Below, piece after piece: positions 30,182-39,870 of a DNA stretch of 64,000 nucleotides. Source of the stretch: Planctomycetota bacterium (GTDB taxonomy: Bacteria > Planctomycetota > B15-G4); contig CBDFJQ010000002.1 of assembly GCA_965248575.1 (NCBI GenBank), forward strand, positions 4,704,001 to 4,768,000, in the 5' to 3' direction. The notes beneath the pieces are model-generated. The model was given only the letters and a program-made list of their open reading frames with translations. It ran no database searches and was not told where the DNA came from. Each line of letters starts with the position of its first letter. Within the stretch, counting starts at the first letter, position 1. The translations under genes and the position numbers were made by a program.

Positions 30182-31279
30182 TCAACTCGGTGGGGTCATC
30201 TTGCTCAGGGCGCTCTGGACCGCGTCTTCCACCAGCTGGAACAGGTCGTCTTCCTCCGCCTCCTGCGCCCGGTGCGCGCGGCGCCGGACAGCTCGGAAGG
30301 CCATCAGCGCATAGGCGATGAAGAAGACCCCTGTGATCGCCTGGGCCATGACCAGCGCCCGCCCTTCACGGCTGTTTGGGACGATGTCCCCGAAGCCGAG
30401 TGTCGTCATCGAGACGGTGCTCAGATAGATGAAGTCAAAGAGGTCCCAGTCAGGTTGAGCCGCCGTGCGCTCGACGAGTTCTTGCTCGTACTGATCCCTG
30501 TGCTGTTGTAGCTGTTGCACGAAGGAGAGCAGGTGGACCTGCAGTTCGTCCAGGGAGTCGGAGTCCTTGACCTCCTCCCACGTGCGCTCGACCCTCGACG
30601 GGCCGCCCACCGGAATGAGCGGGAAGAGATCACCATCCGCCCCTACGTACCACTCACCTCGCCCCAGTCGTGGGTCAGCCGGCGGCCCCTCTGGCGCTGT
30701 GAATCCCAGCACCAAGCCGTCCGGGAGGCGGCGTTCCGTGCGCAGCCCAGGCTCTGCTGAGACGAGCTCCCAGGCCACGTCTGGAAAGCGCTGGAGACGC
30801 GACGCGAGCAGCAAGGTGCGATTCACCCGAGCCAGTGCATCATAGTCCTGCCCGAAGGACTCGAGCGCCTGCCCCTCTTGGATCGCGGAGCTGAAGGAGT
30901 AGCTCATGGGGTTCCTCAGGAAGCTCTTGTAGTACAGGCACCCAAAGATCACGGCCAGGAAGATATAGGCGTAGAGCATCAGGACGACGAGGCCCAGGTC
31001 GGACGTCGTGTGCCAAGCCATGACCGTGGTCAGGACCAACGCCAGAATTGCCGTCAGCAGGACGACCTGCGGCGAGAGCCAGTCGAGGCTGGCGTCCGGG
31101 GCGCTGTAGAGGAGCGTAATCGTGAGGGCGTGGAGGCCGACAGCGAAAGAGAACACCGGACTGTTCCGGACCAAATCTCTGAGCATGTCCTCGAAGGTCC
31201 ACTGAACCGCACCGTCACTCCTTGCTCCGTTTGGGGCGGCGGTCTTTGGGCCGGGAGGCCGTCCTTTGTGGTTTGCCAT
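30182..31279 (-). CDS. Potassium-channel-family (two-TM pore) protein
   Basis: Pore helix and filter FIYLSTVSMTTLGFGDIVP followed by a TM helix. Confidence 0.85.
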   Translation of the reverse strand: MANHKGRPPGPKTAAPNGARSDGAVQWTFEDMLRDLVRNSPVFSFAVGLHALTITLLYSAPDASLDWLSPQVVLLTAILALVLTTVMAWHTTSDLGLVVLMLYAYIFLAVIFGCLYYKSFLRNPMSYSFSSAIQEGQALESFGQDYDALARVNRTLLLASRLQRFPDVAWELVSAEPGLRTERRLPDGLVLGFTAPEGPPADPRLGRGEWYVGADGDLFPLIPVGGPSRVERTWEEVKDSDSLDELQVHLLSFVQQLQQHRDQYEQELVERTAAQPDWDLFDFIYLSTVSMTTLGFGDIVPNSREGRALVMAQAITGVFFIAYALMAFRAVRRRAHRAQEAEEDDLFQLVEDAVQSALSKMTPPS

Positions 31280-31469
31280 CGTGGTCCTCCGGACAGAAGA
31301 AGTAGGCCAGTCGATTCCGACCCCAACCCTTCATAGCCGGTCTGTCCCCCTGGCAACCTCGTTCCCCCTTGCGCGTTACCCTTCCTAGCGCTGTGGACTG
31401 CCCTCAACTGTCCGTTGTCCTTGGGCATCCCAGGTATGATCCCAGCCTAGGTCTTGGGGGATCCTCATC

Positions 31470-32570
31470 ATGCGCACCTGGCCACAGTTCGCAATTTGGC
31501 CCTTGCTGGCACTGCTCGCTGGCGATGTTCACGCTGGGCCGGTTCAAGAGTCGCCAACAGGTCAAGAGTCGCCTGATGATCAGGAATCGGTCCAACCTCT
31601 GGTCTCGAACGAGTCGGCGTCGCAAGCCGTTGCGCTGCGTGACCAAGCCATCAAGCTCCTGAATCAGGCCGACAACGAAGGCGCGCTGCTGCTCCTGAGC
31701 GACGCCTTGCTCCTCGATGGGTCTTACGGGGATGCACATCGGACTCGCAGCGCTGCGCTCATGAATCTCGGGCGCTACGAAGAGGCCATGACGGCATGTC
31801 GCGCGGCGTTGCGTTGCAATCCGCTCGATGCGAAGGCTCTCTTCAACATGACCTTGATCCGCCGCGACCATCTCGAGGACCTGCCCCAGGCGCTCTTCTT
31901 GAGCGAACAGGTTGTCCGCGTGAACAGGCAGGCTGCGGACTCCTACAGCCTGCGCGCGTCGATACTCGTCAGGCTTGGACAGCACAAGCGAGCGCTCAAG
32001 GACCTGGATGAAGCGTCGGTTCGCGCTCCGGAGAACGTCTGGAATCACTGGAACCGTGGTCACTGTCTGTACGTCTTGGGTCGATATGCCGAGTCCCTGA
32101 CCGCCTACGAGCGGGCAGGCGTTCTGGCACCCCATGACCCTGAACTCTGGATGAACACGGGGATGGTGAAGCGCAGCCTCGGTCGGCTCGACGATGCCCT
32201 GGCAGATTTCGAGGCTGCAGCTGAGCACATGACTGGAAGCAACCAGGCGCGCGGCTTGATGGCGGAGGTCTTGCTAGAGCAGGGGCTGAGAGCCCCGGCG
32301 CTGAAACAACTGAACCTGGCAGCCGATGCTGCGCCGGAGGACCTGCATGTCGGGTCGCTCCGTGCTGCGCTCCTGCTTAGGGAGGGCGAGATTCAGTCAG
32401 CCTTGGCAGAGTCGGAGCGCGTGCTGGGGCGCGCGGCGGATCATCCCTTGGGGCTTTGGGTGCGGTCTCACGCCCTCCGTGCCCTGGGGGAGATCGAGCG
32501 AGCTGACGCAGACCTGCTGAAGGCGCGCGCAGCCTGGCCGGATGTGGACTGGCCTCTTGGCTTGCAGTAG
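31470..32570 (+). CDS. Exported tetratricopeptide-repeat protein
   Basis: Multiple LGRYxEA/LGRLDDA TPR units; signal peptide. Confidence 0.88.
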   Translation: MRTWPQFAIWPLLALLAGDVHAGPVQESPTGQESPDDQESVQPLVSNESASQAVALRDQAIKLLNQADNEGALLLLSDALLLDGSYGDAHRTRSAALMNLGRYEEAMTACRAALRCNPLDAKALFNMTLIRRDHLEDLPQALFLSEQVVRVNRQAADSYSLRASILVRLGQHKRALKDLDEASVRAPENVWNHWNRGHCLYVLGRYAESLTAYERAGVLAPHDPELWMNTGMVKRSLGRLDDALADFEAAAEHMTGSNQARGLMAEVLLEQGLRAPALKQLNLAADAAPEDLHVGSLRAALLLREGEIQSALAESERVLGRAADHPLGLWVRSHALRALGEIERADADLLKARAAWPDVDWPLGLQ

Positions 32571-32580
32571 GCGCAGGCTG

Positions 32581-32841
32581 CTAGGCCTCATCCTCTGATG
32601 ACTTTTGGCCCTTGCCCTTGCCCTCGGCCTCTGCCTCTGCCTCTGCCTCTGCCTCTGCCTCTGCCTGGGCCTGGGCCTGGGCCTTCCGGCTCATCTCCGC
32701 GCCGATGCCTGCGCCCAGGGCGATGCCGAGCGCGATGCCGATGCCGACATCATCGAAGGCCGCGCCGAAGGCTACGCCCAGTGCGATGCCAAACCCGACC
32801 CACGCCCCCAAGATGGTGTCGGGTGACTGTTTGGTGCTCAT
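32581..32841 (-). CDS. Small glycine-zipper membrane protein with AQ/AE repeat tail
   Basis: GxxxG helices GFGIALGVAFG and GIGIALGIALGAGIG; GAGGAG RBS. Confidence 0.75.
   Translation of the reverse strand: MSTKQSPDTILGAWVGFGIALGVAFGAAFDDVGIGIALGIALGAGIGAEMSRKAQAQAQAEAEAEAEAEAEAEGKGKGQKSSEDEA
32627..32680. repeat. Hexamer microsatellite (GCCTCT)6(GCCTGG)3
   Basis: Read directly; in frame within 32581-32841. Confidence 0.9.
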
Positions 32842-32853
32842 GCTCGGTGCTCC

Positions 32854-33306
32854 TCAGCCGAGATGTCGTTGGCAGCCGACGTCGTAGGCCATGGCAACCC
32901 ATTGGCCAAACTCCTCGTCGAGCTCGCTCTTGGAGGCTATCCGAAAAACGTGCACATGGTTCGTTGGCGAATAGGTGTCGATCCTCTCGAAGCGTGGCGA
33001 CTCAACGCGTTCTGCGAGCATCAGATACCCCTTCAGGGCAGCCTTCTGTGGGGTGAGCGCGGCGAATCGTATGCGGACCTGGAGCGCGATCCCGCTCCTC
33101 TGCGGGATCACCTTCAAGGGACCGTTCGTCCGGGTGAGCTTCAGGAAGGCGTCGAACAGGGGCCGCACATGAGGCCGGCTGTTCGTGAACAAGGGCTCCA
33201 GCTCGAAGCCCCCACAGCTATGCCACTGGCTGCGGCTGGAAAACTGCTCACGGCACTTTGGGCAGCTCCAAAGCGTTGGGTCAGACACGGTTCTCTGAGC
33301 ACGCAT
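32854..33306 (-). CDS. DUF5655-like protein with N-terminal CxxC...HxC motif
   Basis: WSCPKC...WHSC; ELDEEFGQWVAMAY. Confidence 0.75.
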   Translation of the reverse strand: MRAQRTVSDPTLWSCPKCREQFSSRSQWHSCGGFELEPLFTNSRPHVRPLFDAFLKLTRTNGPLKVIPQRSGIALQVRIRFAALTPQKAALKGYLMLAERVESPRFERIDTYSPTNHVHVFRIASKSELDEEFGQWVAMAYDVGCQRHLG

Positions 33307-33371
33307 CTTCGTACTCCGCTTGGGTGACTACCCTCTCGTCTAACTTCCCGTCATGGACGCTGAGCCCGGAC

Positions 33372-34982
33372 TCACGGTAGCAGCGTCAGCTTGTGCCAGG
33401 ATTCGCTCAACGTCAGGGATGGCATACGCAGGCCCTGCGCCCAGACGGGCACGCCCAAGAACGCGGGCAGGTTGGGCACACTCAGCGTCAATTGCGCGCT
33501 CTCTGTCATCGACACGAGACCCATGGGCAGCGTGCGCAGACCCGTGGGATCCAGGAAGAGTGTGCCTGTGCCTGGCAACACCAGCGGCGGGGTCGCCGGC
33601 GCAAAGGCGAGCAGGAGCAGCCCGCTTTCGCCGGGTGTCCCATCCAGCACGAGTTCGATTTCCGCTCCGAGCTGCGGGGCGCCGATCACTCGGAAGTCCG
33701 CTCCGGGGTAGGTGAACAGCGAGAGCCATCCGCCGGTGTCATCCAGGGCGAAGGGGTCGCCGCTGCCCAGGGCGATCAGGCGACCGTCAGGCGAGAGTGC
33801 AATGTCAGTCACCAACGCAGAGTCTGCGATCCAGGTAGCCAACGGGTCGTCCTGATCGCGGGCGTACAAGAGCACCCGCTCCGTCGGGTCGAGGTCGATG
33901 CCGCCCTCGACGGCGACCACGAATCGTGAGCCATCGGGCGTGATGTCCAGATCCACCGGCCCATAACCCTGGTCGCAGCACACGATCGCGACGTGGAACA
34001 TCGTCTGGGTACGGCTCGCTACGTCGATGGCTACCGACAAGATGGCGTTGCCCGGCGGCGGGAAGCCGCCGAAGGACGCCGCCACCGTGGATCCGTCCGG
34101 GCTGACCTCCACCTCGCTGAAGATCGAGACCGCTGCGCCCGTCCAGGTGTAGGCGTCCTGCCAAGTGCTCCCGGTTCGCTCGAGGATCCGCACCTCACCG
34201 ATCCAAGGGTCGCTCAGCGCGAGCACGCGACCGTCCGCGGAGAAACTGTCCGCGCCTCCGATCGCCTGGAAACCGTCCAGTTGGAGGGAGATGGAAGCGG
34301 CGAGGACGTCCACCACAAAGGCCTGAGTGCCCACGCGCAAGGCGGCGTAGCGGCCGTCGTCGGAGAGTGCATGGCCGAACATCGTCGCGCTAGGGAGGGT
34401 GGGCGCGACAACGGTCTGCGTCAGCACAGCTCCGGATGTGCCATCCAGGGCGATCACGTCCACTTCACCACTCGGGCCGGGCCGTGCGATGACCGCGACC
34501 ACCAGGCTTCCGTCCTCAGAGATGCCCACCCATGGATCGCGGGGGCTGAGCGTGGGGTGCACGTAGACCCAGCGCGGCTCATTCGAACTGGAACCCCAGC
34601 ACAGCACGCGAACCGGCCCCGGGTCGGCCAAGTCGGGGTCCTGTCGAGCCGCCGAGACGTGCAGATCCTTGCGCATCGCAGAGGCCACGCTGCCGGGCTG
34701 GTAGTGCCGGGTCAAACGAGTCCACACCGGTGCGGACTGTGTCTCCCAGGCGGAGAACAACGCTACTTCCGAACGCGTGTCGCAACACGGCGCAGGGAAG
34801 TGCGCGAAGATCTGTCCACCCTCATCACCCACGGAGACTGAAGGGGGGCCGCGCAGGGAGTCTAGGTAGATCCATGCGGCGCCGCCGGGTGCAGCGCCTG
34901 GCATGCTCTGCCCTTGGCTGGGGGAGATCGGCACGCAAAGGGCGACCAGAACAATCACGATCTTGAGTGACGAGCGCTTCAT
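33372..34982 (-). CDS. Secreted WD40/YVTN-like beta-propeller with shared C-terminal domain
   Basis: GGAGG RBS; signal peptide; repeats ISEDGS, LSDDGR, FSADGR, VSPDGS, ITPDGS, LSPDGR. Confidence 0.85.
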   Translation of the reverse strand: MKRSSLKIVIVLVALCVPISPSQGQSMPGAAPGGAAWIYLDSLRGPPSVSVGDEGGQIFAHFPAPCCDTRSEVALFSAWETQSAPVWTRLTRHYQPGSVASAMRKDLHVSAARQDPDLADPGPVRVLCWGSSSNEPRWVYVHPTLSPRDPWVGISEDGSLVVAVIARPGPSGEVDVIALDGTSGAVLTQTVVAPTLPSATMFGHALSDDGRYAALRVGTQAFVVDVLAASISLQLDGFQAIGGADSFSADGRVLALSDPWIGEVRILERTGSTWQDAYTWTGAAVSIFSEVEVSPDGSTVAASFGGFPPPGNAILSVAIDVASRTQTMFHVAIVCCDQGYGPVDLDITPDGSRFVVAVEGGIDLDPTERVLLYARDQDDPLATWIADSALVTDIALSPDGRLIALGSGDPFALDDTGGWLSLFTYPGADFRVIGAPQLGAEIELVLDGTPGESGLLLLAFAPATPPLVLPGTGTLFLDPTGLRTLPMGLVSMTESAQLTLSVPNLPAFLGVPVWAQGLRMPSLTLSESWHKLTLLP

Positions 34983-35167
34983 GGCAACGCCTCCGGCTGA
35001 CGGTGGGGCTGACGGGTTCGACCACCCTATGCATCGCATGCGGGAGAGATTCGCGACATGGGTCGCTCGGCCCACAGCAGCGGCGCGGAGTGGGTAGCCG
35101 CCCACGTCTGGCCAGGATCGGTGGCCCGCGTTACGGTGCCCTCCCATCCACACAGGGGAGGCCCACG

Positions 35168-36775
35168 ATGATCACTTGCCCAGCGGGAACCCGGCTTGCA
35201 GACAGATTGCTGAGTCGCGCGGCTGGCAGTCGTCTCGTAGGTGTGTGTGTTGCCGCCCTGCTCGGCATGGCCACGCCCGTGCAGGCCCAGTGCGAGCTGG
35301 GGCGCCTGCTGGATCCTGCGCTTCAGCCCAACCCCAACTTCGGCTTCGACGTGGCCGTTGAGGGCGACCGTGTGGTCGTCGGAAGTTCATCGGGCTTGTT
35401 CGGGGGAGAACCCTGTTATGTGTTCGAGCGGCAGGCGGATGGTTGGACGGCGAGCCCGGTAGCGCTTCCACCAGACAACCTCACCACGACCTACGGCCAC
35501 TCGGTGGCGATCTCCGGTGACACCATCGTGGTGTCCGGGCAGGACGTGAGCGACCCGGACCCTCGAGGCTACGTCTTCGAACGGGTGGGCGGCACGTGGA
35601 TGCTGGACCAGGTGCTCGTGGTGCCCCTGGGTTTGTTCCATCTCTTTGACGGCCTGCGGGTCGCCATCGAAGGCGACACGATCCTCATTGGAGACCTCCA
35701 GGACTCCGCGGTCCACGTCTTCGAGCGATCGGCGGGGACGTGGTCGCAGACCGACACGCTCATGCCAGTCAACGCGGGTGCTGGTGTGACCTTCGGCACT
35801 TCGGTCTCGCTCGTCTCGGGCCGTGCCGTGATCGGCGGTTCCTCGTTCTTCGATCCCATCATGAACTCGGGCACCGCGTGGGTGTTCGAGCGGCAGGGCG
35901 GCGCCTTCGTCGAAGTGCAGCAGCTCATTACTTTAGGCGCCGCGGTGTCCGACAACGCAGGGCGCGTGCTCGACCAGACCGCCGACACGATCGTGCTCGG
36001 CGCCTCCACCCACGATTTGGGCGACCCTGTGCTGCTGCAGAGCGCCGGTGCGGCCTTCGTGTTCGAGCTGCAAGGTGCCACATGGGTGCAGACGGCTCTG
36101 CTCTCGGCACCCGCGCCCAGCGCCGGCGACGGCTTCGGCCATGCGGTGACTCTCCAAGGAGACACGCTGTTGATCGGTGCGCCGGCTCGAGACGATTCGG
36201 GCATGAACAGTGGCGCGCTCTACCGCTATGCCCGAACGCCCTCGGGTTGGCAGTGGACGCACACGATCCAACCGAGCTTGCCTGCGAATTCCAGTGCGTT
36301 CGGACGGTCACTCGACCTGCTGGGTGACACGCTCGTGGTCGGGACGGCCGGGAACCTCCCCGGCAGTGGTGTCGCCATCTTGCGTGGGGTGCAGGGGCTG
36401 GACGACTGGGTTCCGTCTGTTGCGACATCGCTGGCCGGAACGTCTGGCCAGTCTCCTTGTAGCTTTGGCAGCCACGTTCCCATGCTCAGTCAGCCAGCGA
36501 GCTTGACCATGACCGGTGCGCTCCCGGGAGCCTTCGGATACCTCATCGCGGGATTCACGCGAGTGAATGCGCCCTTCCTGGGTGGCGTGCTGGTGCCGAC
36601 TCCGACGGCTTTCATTCCGGTGTTCAGCGACGCGGCCGGTGAGACCGTGTTTCCGTGGACTTGGCCTGCGGCGCCCCTGGCGGCCCCTGCCTTATGGACC
36701 CAGTTCTGGATGGTGGATGCCGGTGCGCCCCAGGGTTATTCGGCGACTCACGGAATGCGTGTGGCCCTGCCGTAG
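35168..36775 (+). CDS. Secreted FG-GAP repeat propeller with shared C-terminal domain
   Basis: GGGGAGG RBS; FGxxVAxxGDxxVVG...YVFER repeats; shared domain from ~36401. Confidence 0.9.
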   Translation: MITCPAGTRLADRLLSRAAGSRLVGVCVAALLGMATPVQAQCELGRLLDPALQPNPNFGFDVAVEGDRVVVGSSSGLFGGEPCYVFERQADGWTASPVALPPDNLTTTYGHSVAISGDTIVVSGQDVSDPDPRGYVFERVGGTWMLDQVLVVPLGLFHLFDGLRVAIEGDTILIGDLQDSAVHVFERSAGTWSQTDTLMPVNAGAGVTFGTSVSLVSGRAVIGGSSFFDPIMNSGTAWVFERQGGAFVEVQQLITLGAAVSDNAGRVLDQTADTIVLGASTHDLGDPVLLQSAGAAFVFELQGATWVQTALLSAPAPSAGDGFGHAVTLQGDTLLIGAPARDDSGMNSGALYRYARTPSGWQWTHTIQPSLPANSSAFGRSLDLLGDTLVVGTAGNLPGSGVAILRGVQGLDDWVPSVATSLAGTSGQSPCSFGSHVPMLSQPASLTMTGALPGAFGYLIAGFTRVNAPFLGGVLVPTPTAFIPVFSDAAGETVFPWTWPAAPLAAPALWTQFWMVDAGAPQGYSATHGMRVALP

Positions 36776-36822
36776 GGCCTGGATCTCAAGGGTCTCCGTC
36801 ATGATTGACTATGTTGGGGAAC

Positions 36823-37350
36823 ATGAAAGCACGCCTCACGACAGCCGCACTCTTGGCTTTGCTCACCAGCGCACTCGTAGGCTGCGTCGGTTGTCCGAAC
36901 CCACCTGAACCGGAGACTCGAATGCCCTCTCTCATGGAACTCGCCACCGGGGAGTACTTCGGCACGAACCTCCTGTGGTTCATGGACCCCGACGCTCCCG
37001 AGGAATCCCCAACCGAGGTCCAAGTGGAGGCGGGGCAGATCCGTTACACCTGGCAGTACAAAGAGGCACCTCAATCCGGCGTGCTGGAGTTCAGCTTCGA
37101 GGGCGACCAGGTCAGCGTCGACTGGACCGATACATGGCATGCCGCCGAGACCATGCACTGCAAGGGGACGCGGACCGGGGATGCCATCACGGTCTTGGTG
37201 AGCTATGGCGCGGGCGAGGGTCCGGATTGGTCCTGGCGCACCGAGCTCCGGTTCCCAGGCCCCGATCAGTTCCTGATGGAGATGTACAACATCGAACCGG
37301 ATGGCAAGGAGCAGATCGCCGTGCGCTTGCGCGCCGATCGGAAGTCCTGA
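36823..37350 (+). CDS. Lipoprotein, DUF1579-like beta-barrel
   Basis: LVGC lipobox; WTDTWH, WSWRT, MYNIEPDGKE. Confidence 0.6.
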   Translation: MKARLTTAALLALLTSALVGCVGCPNPPEPETRMPSLMELATGEYFGTNLLWFMDPDAPEESPTEVQVEAGQIRYTWQYKEAPQSGVLEFSFEGDQVSVDWTDTWHAAETMHCKGTRTGDAITVLVSYGAGEGPDWSWRTELRFPGPDQFLMEMYNIEPDGKEQIAVRLRADRKS

Positions 37351-37613
37351 CACAGGGCACCGACATCGCCTCGATCAAGCGTTGCCTCTCATGAGCCTCT
37401 CGTTGCTCCTGCTGCTCAGGGATGGAGAAGCTGAAGTCCACCGTGTCGAAGGTTCCTTCACTCGGGGTGACTGAGTCCACCACCTGGGCAGTCAGCGGAG
37501 CGTTCTTGGAGCGTTCGTTGAGTGCTCCGCTACGGTTCCTACGAGACGGGCAGATGCCCTTTGGACTTCATCCGCGATCGCTGAGCCAGCAGACAGACTT
37601 TCTGAGGGAGTCT

Positions 37614-37659
37614 AGAAAAGGAACAGCCCGCCCGGCATCGCGTGCCGGACGGGCTGTTC
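37614..37659 (-). terminator. Intrinsic terminator downstream of 37715-38341
   Basis: Minus strand GAACAGCCCGTCCGGCA-loop-TGCCGGGCGGGCTGTTC then CTTTTCT. Confidence 0.75.
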
Positions 37660-37714
37660 GAGGGGGGGCGCCGCCTCTCCTGCGGACGACCCGCCTTGCC
37701 TCCCTGGGATCCTG

Positions 37715-38341
37715 TCAGTTGCCGGGCTTCGTGACCCCGAGCCCGTCGGCACCGACGCTTGTCGAGACGTTCTTGGTTCCGATGCCACCTTCTGTCATCA
37801 GACCGGTGCCCTGCGCGAGGGTGGTCTCTCCGGATTGCGCCATGTGCGCGGGTCCCGTGGGCAGGGACCCACCCCAGACGCACGGGTCGTTCCAGACGAT
37901 GTCGCCGGATTGATCGTAGCCGGTGCTGACCTGCAAGCCACTAGCGCTGATGGAGAGGAAGCTTCCGCTCTTTCCCCCGACTGAGTTGCTCGCGGCGGTC
38001 GGGACGATCACGGTCTTCACGCCGCCCGTCGTCTCGCCCAGCTTGCCTACTTGTCCCAGCTCACTCGTGGGTGCTGGCACCGACACGGCGTACGCGATAC
38101 CCCGCACACCCAGCTCCGGCAAGAAGAGCCGCGCCCGCGCATCGGACGTCAAGGGGATGCGCCCGGCGTGCAAGACCAGCAGCGTCGCGCCGTGCTCGTT
38201 CACGACGGTGACCACGACGGGCTGCCCCGGGGACCAGCCCGAGGACGGCTCGGCGCTCTGCGCCGCAACAGGAAAAAGGCCCAGGCCCGCGGTCATCAGA
38301 CCGGCGACCAATGTCATCACTGCCTTGTGGATCCGTGTCAT
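37715..38341 (-). CDS. Secreted protein of unknown family; paralog of 7432-8559
   Basis: GGAGGT RBS; signal peptide; GWSPGQP...HAGRIPLTSDARARLFLPELG. Confidence 0.8.
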   Translation of the reverse strand: MTRIHKAVMTLVAGLMTAGLGLFPVAAQSAEPSSGWSPGQPVVVTVVNEHGATLLVLHAGRIPLTSDARARLFLPELGVRGIAYAVSVPAPTSELGQVGKLGETTGGVKTVIVPTAASNSVGGKSGSFLSISASGLQVSTGYDQSGDIVWNDPCVWGGSLPTGPAHMAQSGETTLAQGTGLMTEGGIGTKNVSTSVGADGLGVTKPGN

Positions 38342-38506
38342 GGTTCGACCTCCATTGATGGGGACTACTCACTTCTCCAGGGGAGGTGGGGAGCGGAATC
38401 GAAGCCGCCATCCGTGTCGAGAGTCTGACGGGCTGGAGATGCGGTTCGTCGATGGACCCACCAGGGGGCGGGAGTCCAGCGGCCTGGCCTGAGGTAATCT
38501 GAAGGC

Positions 38507-39238
38507 ATGCCGCAAACGCTGCTCCTTCTCCAGGCCCGCCGCGCCGACGACCCCATGGCTGCGCACGAGCGCCAGTGCTTCGCTGCGCAGGCCGGTCTCC
38601 CGGTCGAGAGCGTGACCTGCCACGACCTGTGCCGGGCGCCGCCAGATCTCGCCCTCCTGCGTGAGTACGACGCGCTGACCGTGGGCGGCTCAGGTGACTA
38701 CTACGTCTCACGCGGCGACCTGCCGCACTTCGAGGAGTTCCTCGCATTCCTGCGGGAGGTCGTCGAGATGGGGCACCCGACCTTCGCAAGTTGTTTCGGC
38801 TACCAATGCCTTGCCTACGCACTGGGCGGTGAGCTGATCCACGACACTGAGAACACCGAGGTCGGGACCTACGAACTCGCTCTCACCGAGCAGGGCGCAG
38901 GTGACCCGCTGTTCGAAATGCTCCCGCGCACGTTCAACGCCCAGCTGGGACACAAGGACCGGGTGCTGAGCCTGCCCGAGGGAGTGGTCAACCTCGCGTC
39001 GAGCGAGCTCAGCCCGCATCAGGCATTGCGCGTGGAGGGCAAGCCGATCTGGGCGACCCAGTTCCACCCAGAGCTCGATCGGGAGACGAATCTCGACCGC
39101 TACTTCCACTACATGCAGTCGTATGCCGAGTACATGGATGAAGAGGAGAAAGTTGCCGCTGAGCAACGTTTCGCCGAGAGCCCCGAGGTCAGCCATCTGC
39201 TCCCGCGCTTCTTCGAGCTGATCGAGGGCCCTCGCTGA
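38507..39238 (+). CDS. Type 1 glutamine amidotransferase (GMP-synthase-like, standalone)
   Basis: SCFGYQ nucleophile Cys, QFHPE. Confidence 0.92.
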   Translation: MPQTLLLLQARRADDPMAAHERQCFAAQAGLPVESVTCHDLCRAPPDLALLREYDALTVGGSGDYYVSRGDLPHFEEFLAFLREVVEMGHPTFASCFGYQCLAYALGGELIHDTENTEVGTYELALTEQGAGDPLFEMLPRTFNAQLGHKDRVLSLPEGVVNLASSELSPHQALRVEGKPIWATQFHPELDRETNLDRYFHYMQSYAEYMDEEEKVAAEQRFAESPEVSHLLPRFFELIEGPR

Positions 39239-39262
39239 GGACAAGTATCTTGAGACACGCCC

Positions 39263-39295
39263 TTGCGTATTTGATCCGAAAGATGTATATACAAC
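39263..39295 (+). promoter_or_regulatory. Sigma70-like promoter overlapped by candidate MarR operator 1
   Basis: TTGCGT-N17-TATATA; operator GATGTATATACAAC at 39282-39295. Confidence 0.65.
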
Positions 39296-39326
39296 TGCAG
39301 TGTTCGCGCCCCAATGGACCCTCTTC

Positions 39327-39773
39327 ATGCCGCCCACTCAAGCAGCCCAAGCCGCCCGGACCATCGCGTCCTCTTGCCTGGCCGTGCGTGCGCGGGTCCT
39401 CGGGCGGGCCATCAGCGCCGTCTACGAGGATGAATTGCGCCCGCTCGGTGTCACCACGCCTCAGCTCAACCTGCTCGTGGCCACCGAACGCATCGGAGGC
39501 CCCACGGCGGGCGAGTTGGGCCAGACCTTGCACCTCGAGAAGTCCACGGTCAGCCGGAATCTGCTGCTCATGGAGGGGCACGGCTGGGTGCGTCGGGAGC
39601 CCGGTGAAGACGCGCGCTCCCACGCCCTCGTTCTGACGGCCGCCGGGCGTCGCCTGTTGGTGAAGGCGCTGCCCGCCTGGACCCGGGCCCAGAAGCGGGC
39701 CGCCGGGCTGCTCGGGAAGGGCGGTACGGAAGCCCTCGTTGCAGCCGGAGATCGGCTCTTCCGGGAAGGCTGA
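39327..39773 (+). CDS. MarR-family transcriptional regulator
   Basis: CLAVRAR..., GVTTPQ.NLL, LEKSTVSRNL, DARS..L.LT..G. Confidence 0.93.
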   Translation: MPPTQAAQAARTIASSCLAVRARVLGRAISAVYEDELRPLGVTTPQLNLLVATERIGGPTAGELGQTLHLEKSTVSRNLLLMEGHGWVRREPGEDARSHALVLTAAGRRLLVKALPAWTRAQKRAAGLLGKGGTEALVAAGDRLFREG

Positions 39774-39835
39774 CAGGAGAGTTCACTCGACCGCGCCCGA
39801 GATGTGCACCGTTCACAGGCCATTTTCTTCTAAGA

Positions 39836-39849
39836 GTTGTAGCTACAAC
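39836..39849. promoter_or_regulatory. Candidate MarR operator 2
   Basis: Perfect palindrome GTTGTAGCTACAAC 21 bp upstream of ATG 39871; same consensus as operator 1. Confidence 0.7.
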
Positions 39850-39870
39850 CAAGACCTATCGGAGAGAGCC

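Noticed and set aside
37350..37600. Protein-like minus-strand fragment (VVDSVTPSEGTFDTVDFSFSIPE)
   Set aside because: No RBS or recognisable family, and it runs into the convergent gene; could be a relic but is unsupported.
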